Below, piece after piece: positions 44,525 to 48,233 of a stretch of DNA of 48,233 nt (its first letter is position 1; each line of letters opens with the position of its first letter). Made by a program: the position numbers and the translations under genes. The stretch covers positions 92,790 through 141,022 of the forward strand of contig JAYSUD010000012.1 in NCBI GenBank assembly GCA_043719295.1, written 5' to 3'. The stretch is from a bacterium. GTDB lineage: Bacteria; Patescibacteriota; Minisyncoccia; Phycocordibacterales; UBA918. Below the pieces are notes generated by a model, which made no database searches, was not told the origin of the DNA, and saw only the letters and a program-made list of their open reading frames with translations.

Positions 44525-45361
44525 TTATTCTGTCAGAGCACGATTCTTTGCAATCATACTCTTAAATTCCTCCAACCCTTTCTCCCATATTTCAGGGTTA
44601 TTACCGGGGTACGATTTCCCCCAGTCTGTCACCGTCAGTTTCTCAGCCATTTCCTGTGCAAATATAAAGTACTCTCGTGCAAGATCTGTATCACCAGTAT
44701 TAAAAAGTGCGAGACCATACATATTAAGTAACCATGGATTATTAGAATCAACAGATAATCCTTTTTCAAGCACCGGTTTCATCTCCCCGAATTTGCCTTG
44801 TGAGAAATATATCCAGGCTAAGTCGACATACGCCCATGGAGCTTTGTTAAAAAACTCTACCGCTTTTATGAAATTATCTTCGGCTTGTTTCCAGTCTTGA
44901 GGATCATTAGTCAAGCGTGCTTTATAGCCATAGGTAAGGCCAATCATGTAGTATACATTTGGAACCTCGTCACCAAAGTACTCAATTTGTGTTGCAAACT
45001 TTTCTAGTGCTCTATCAAAATTTCCATTGATAAAATCAATTCTTCCTGATTGATACCATACCAACTTGTTTCCTCTTGGATTTAAAGCTATAGCTTCTTC
45101 ATAATACTGTTGTGCTTTTACAATATCGTATACACCACCTTCCTCATCATCGCTGTTGAAGTAATACTCCCCTTTTTCGAAGGCTGTTTTGCTCTCTAGT
45201 TCAAACGGTATTTCTTCAGTTGCTCTAGTAGCTACAGACTCATGTTGCTTTTGAGTAAAAAGATAGTATCCAAAACTTACAAAAAGACAGATTCCAAGAA
45301 AAATAGCTGCTCCAATTTTTAAAAACATATAGCAAAAGTATACCTTATGCAAATTGCTCAT
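44525..45361 (-). CDS. Membrane-anchored TPR repeat protein
   Basis: TM helix followed by TPR-like units (AQQYYEEAIALNP, ...). Confidence 0.7.
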   Translation of the reverse strand: MSNLHKVYFCYMFLKIGAAIFLGICLFVSFGYYLFTQKQHESVATRATEEIPFELESKTAFEKGEYYFNSDDEEGGVYDIVKAQQYYEEAIALNPRGNKLVWYQSGRIDFINGNFDRALEKFATQIEYFGDEVPNVYYMIGLTYGYKARLTNDPQDWKQAEDNFIKAVEFFNKAPWAYVDLAWIYFSQGKFGEMKPVLEKGLSVDSNNPWLLNMYGLALFNTGDTDLAREYFIFAQEMAEKLTVTDWGKSYPGNNPEIWEKGLEEFKSMIAKNRALTE

Positions 45362-45381
45362 TTATTAGTATAGTAGGTATC

Positions 45382-45975
45382 ATGATTCGCCACATTAAAG
45401 GAACAGTAGCTGACATACATCCCCTCTATGTTGTCATTGATGTAGCTGGCGTTGGGTATCTTGTGTACACAACTGCAAAAACAAGCTTTGAAATCAATGA
45501 GGAAATTAAACTACATACCCATCTTGCTGTCCGAGAAAATGCACTTGATTTGTATGGATTCACTACCGCAGAAGAACTATCTTTTTTTGCACTGCTCTTA
45601 ACACTTCCTAAGATTGGACCAAAATCTGCTTTACAGATTTTGTCACAAGCGGAAGTATCACTCCTTCAAAGCACCATATTGTCGCAAGACCCAGTGCATC
45701 TTTCTAAAATGTCAGGCATTACAAAAAAGACGGCCGAGAAAATCGTAACTGGACTTAAGGATGCATTTGATGCGGTCGCGTATTCCTACGGCACAGAAGC
45801 AAAACCCTCTACCTCTGAGCAGTCTGCGTTTACAAGCGACACTATTGATGCGCTTATTACGCTCGGCTACCCACAAGCTGATGCCCGAAAAGCGGTACAG
45901 CAACTTATGATTGAGAAGCCTGAGATTGTGAAAGTAACTGATGCAATACGAGAAGTATTAAAAATACTAGGATAG
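45382..45975 (+). CDS. ruvA: Holliday junction branch-migration complex subunit RuvA
   Basis: MIRHIKGTV......YVVIDVAGVGYLVYT and the HhH region LLTLPKIGPKSALQIL. Confidence 0.9.
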   Translation: MIRHIKGTVADIHPLYVVIDVAGVGYLVYTTAKTSFEINEEIKLHTHLAVRENALDLYGFTTAEELSFFALLLTLPKIGPKSALQILSQAEVSLLQSTILSQDPVHLSKMSGITKKTAEKIVTGLKDAFDAVAYSYGTEAKPSTSEQSAFTSDTIDALITLGYPQADARKAVQQLMIEKPEIVKVTDAIREVLKILG

Positions 45976-46044
45976 ACGAGCTCGTGTGCAAAACTGCATA
46001 GTTACTTTGTTTAAAAACGAGTATGCGGGGTATACTACTTATAT

Positions 46045-47337
46045 ATGAATACGTTACTGTACTGGGTTAAACGCATTATTCCTTCATCACTTCTTTCTAA
46101 GATACGACCGCTCTATCACTACACGCTTGCGCGACTTGGAAGCTCCTTATACAAACATCCATCAAAAGATTTGTTTGTAATTGCAGTAACCGGTACAAAA
46201 GGAAAATCAACAGTGACAGAACTTATTACTGCAATTCTAGAAGCTGACGGAAAAAAAGTTGCCTCAGCATCAACTATCAAATTTAAAATTGGTCCTATCA
46301 TACGACCAAATCTTTTTAAGATGACACTTCCAGGAAGATTTTTTTTGCAAAAGTTTTTACGTGAAGCGGTAGACGCAAAATGTACCCACGCAGTAGTTGA
46401 AATGACCTCAGAAGGAGCACGACAGTTTCGCCATCGTTTTGTTGAACTTAACGCATTGGTGTTTACAAACCTCTCCCCTGAGCATATTGAATCACATGGT
46501 TCATTTGAGCTTTATAAACAAGCAAAACTAGAAATTGCAAAACAACTTGAGGTGTCCGCAAAACAGCCAAAGTATATTGTTGCGAATACTGACGACGAAC
46601 ACGGAAAAGATTTCCTCAAGATTCGTGTTGAAGAGAAACTTCCCTATCAACTTTCTGATCTTAAACTATACACACTTCACAAAGACGGTATCGGACTCAT
46701 CTTTAACGACGGGAATGAAGAAGTAACTATCCGTGTTCCACTAGTAGGACTCTTTAATGTATACAATACCTTGGCCTCCATCACGCTTACGCGTGCTATG
46801 GGTGTTTCACTTTCTACAATTGAGCATGCCTTGAGAACACTTCCTCCTATTGCTGGGCGTGTTGAACACTTTTATAGTAAAAAAGGAGCAGAAAAGCAGG
46901 TGACTGCAATTGTTGATTATGCTCATACGCCAGATTCACTCGAACAGCTCTATAAGGCATTTAAAGATGTACCAAAGGTATGTATCTTAGGCAACACAGG
47001 AGGTGGCCGTGATACTTGGAAGCGACCCGAAATGGCTTCAATTGCAGAACGATACTGTGACCACGTCATCCTCACCAATGAAGACCCATATGATGAAGAC
47101 CCTCGAAAAATTGTTGATGAAATGGCAAAAGGAATTCAAAATCAAGCGAAACTCGATATCATCATGGATAGACGCATGGCAATAGCAAGTGCTTTAAAGA
47201 AAGCACCTCAAGGTGGCTACGTATTAATTTCAGGAAAAGGAACAGACCCATACATCATGGGTCCACACAATACTAAACAAGTCTGGAGTGACGCACAGGT
47301 AGTACAAGAGGAACTTGCGAAGCTATCTATGAAATAA
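46045..47337 (+). CDS. murE: Mur ligase, MurE-like (UDP-MurNAc-L-Ala-D-Glu:diamino acid ligase)
   Basis: VTGTKGKSTV (P-loop), DYAHTPDSLEQL and NTGGGRD. The amino-acid specificity cannot be read from the sequence. Confidence 0.8.
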   Translation: MNTLLYWVKRIIPSSLLSKIRPLYHYTLARLGSSLYKHPSKDLFVIAVTGTKGKSTVTELITAILEADGKKVASASTIKFKIGPIIRPNLFKMTLPGRFFLQKFLREAVDAKCTHAVVEMTSEGARQFRHRFVELNALVFTNLSPEHIESHGSFELYKQAKLEIAKQLEVSAKQPKYIVANTDDEHGKDFLKIRVEEKLPYQLSDLKLYTLHKDGIGLIFNDGNEEVTIRVPLVGLFNVYNTLASITLTRAMGVSLSTIEHALRTLPPIAGRVEHFYSKKGAEKQVTAIVDYAHTPDSLEQLYKAFKDVPKVCILGNTGGGRDTWKRPEMASIAERYCDHVILTNEDPYDEDPRKIVDEMAKGIQNQAKLDIIMDRRMAIASALKKAPQGGYVLISGKGTDPYIMGPHNTKQVWSDAQVVQEELAKLSMK

Positions 47338-47790
47338 CAGGATCCCTGTAGCGACCCCAACATTGAGCGATTCTTTTTGTCCTTGCATTTTAATCTCAAC
47401 AACAACGTCAGATAACTCCAATAGCTCTTTTGAAACTCCATCAATTTCGTTGCCTACAATATAAGCAACTTTTTCTGGCACATTAAACTCATACAGAGAA
47501 ATTGATTGTGCAGTTTGTTCTAAAGAAACAATGGTGAACCCATCTGCTTTAAGTTCAAAAATGCGCGCTATAATTTCTTGACCATTTTCTTTACTTTCAA
47601 ATGGAATCATTGTTGATGCGCCAAGTGACGTCTTTTTAATTTCAGGCTGCACTCTCCCAAAACGGTCAATTGGTGATGGTGTATAGCCAACTAAGATAAT
47701 CAGCTCAACCCCTGCTCCATCACTTGTTCTAAAAATAGAACCCACATTGTGGGCACTGCGGACATTGTCAATAATAATAATTTTTTGCAT
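47323..47790 (-). CDS. SpoU/TrmH-family RNA 2'-O-methyltransferase domain
   Basis: MQKIIIIDNVRSAHNVGSIFRTSDGAGV, IVGNEIDGVS and ESLNVGVATGILLF. It is in frame, with no intervening stop, with 47791-48171. Confidence 0.8.
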   Translation of the reverse strand: MQKIIIIDNVRSAHNVGSIFRTSDGAGVELIILVGYTPSPIDRFGRVQPEIKKTSLGASTMIPFESKENGQEIIARIFELKADGFTIVSLEQTAQSISLYEFNVPEKVAYIVGNEIDGVSKELLELSDVVVEIKMQGQKESLNVGVATGILLFHR

Positions 47791-48171
47791 AAAAAGTTGA
47801 GGAGGGCCTTGAGGCCCTCCTAGAGATGCTGTTTTAGAAGATTCATGAAATGGAAATAGTATCTTGGCCATAAAATACTGATACCCATCGATCAAAACGA
47901 TGTAGAAACCAAATTCAAGACCATTTCTGCGGGTTACCATTTGGTAGCTTGATCGCTCGCTTGAAGTTAGTTTCGCAAAGTCAAAATCAACTCGTTTACA
48001 AGGGGTGCGACTATCGTTTACCCACATGTCATAACCCACTGTGCCTTTGGAGAGGTACACATTCAACGCAGCTTTGAATCCAATGATGTGTGGACATACT
48101 GTTACCTCCGTTGCATTTACAATACCACCAATCCAAATCTGTACAAAGAACCAAAAGATCACTGCTCGCAT
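47791..48171 (-). other. In-frame upstream ORF segment (127 codons) with hydrophobic N-terminus and strong RBS, continuous with the SpoU domain
   Basis: GGAGGTAACAATG precedes the ATG at 48171 and the ORF begins MRAVIFWFFVQIWIGGIV. A GGAGGGCC/GGCCCTCC hairpin plus T-run lies at 47791-47820, just before the SpoU ATG. Confidence 0.5.
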
Positions 48172-48233
48172 TGTTACCTCCTTACGATGAATTTAATTCA
48201 TCATAGACTAGATTGAGTGTTTTGTCACAGAGA

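Noticed and set aside
1-48233. Alternative genetic code (UGA recoding as in some candidate phyla)
   Set aside because: The conserved SagB-type gene ends at an in-frame TGA stop (32576-32578), and the ORFs have expected lengths under the standard code.

Overview
This is a visibly AT-rich bacterial fragment with tightly packed genes. Many small membrane-anchored proteins and a minimal housekeeping set (ruvX, ruvA, rpsT, murE, a SpoU methyltransferase, pilM-like) suggest an uncultivated small-genome, Patescibacteria/CPR-like bacterium, but that is inference only. TGA is used as a stop, so the standard bacterial code applies. The window has four blocks. (1) 1-1.9 kb holds housekeeping genes and tRNA-Ser(UGA). 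(2) About 1.9-16.8 kb is a mobile/defence island next to tRNA-Ser. It carries a T5orf172/GIY-YIG-like gene, an XRE-hsdM-hsdS-hsdR type I R-M operon, a large serine recombinase, a ParB-DNA methyltransferase fusion and several Zn-ribbon unknowns. A second insertion of about 4.1 kb (18.0-22.1 kb) is flanked by a 50-bp direct repeat that duplicates the 3' end of a host gene. It carries a MazF-like toxin, a SWIM protein, an AEP primase-SF2 helicase fusion and a Fic protein. tRNA-Arg and duplicated copies of its 3' end follow. (3) 22.6-32.6 kb is the most unusual locus. A YcaO cyclodehydratase and a SagB-type dehydrogenase are transcribed divergently from two membrane proteins. Those proteins consist of long Tyr/Ser/Gln/Gly (YSQSSY) repeat arrays ending directly in a C-terminal Hint (intein-like) autoprocessing domain. 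A coupled all-alpha membrane protein, a TolB-like propeller and a PaaK-like adenylating enzyme lie alongside. (4) 33.3-43.6 kb is an array of six membrane-anchored paralogues of an unrecognised Cys/His-rich domain. Three of them are fused to a Cys-less cupredoxin-like domain. A stand-alone copy of that domain, a possible N-terminal-His metal-binding protein and a TPR protein are also present. Housekeeping genes follow (rpsT, ruvA, murE, SpoU MTase). No CRISPR array, rRNA or transposase was seen. All functional calls come from motif recognition in the supplied translations, because no database search could be run.
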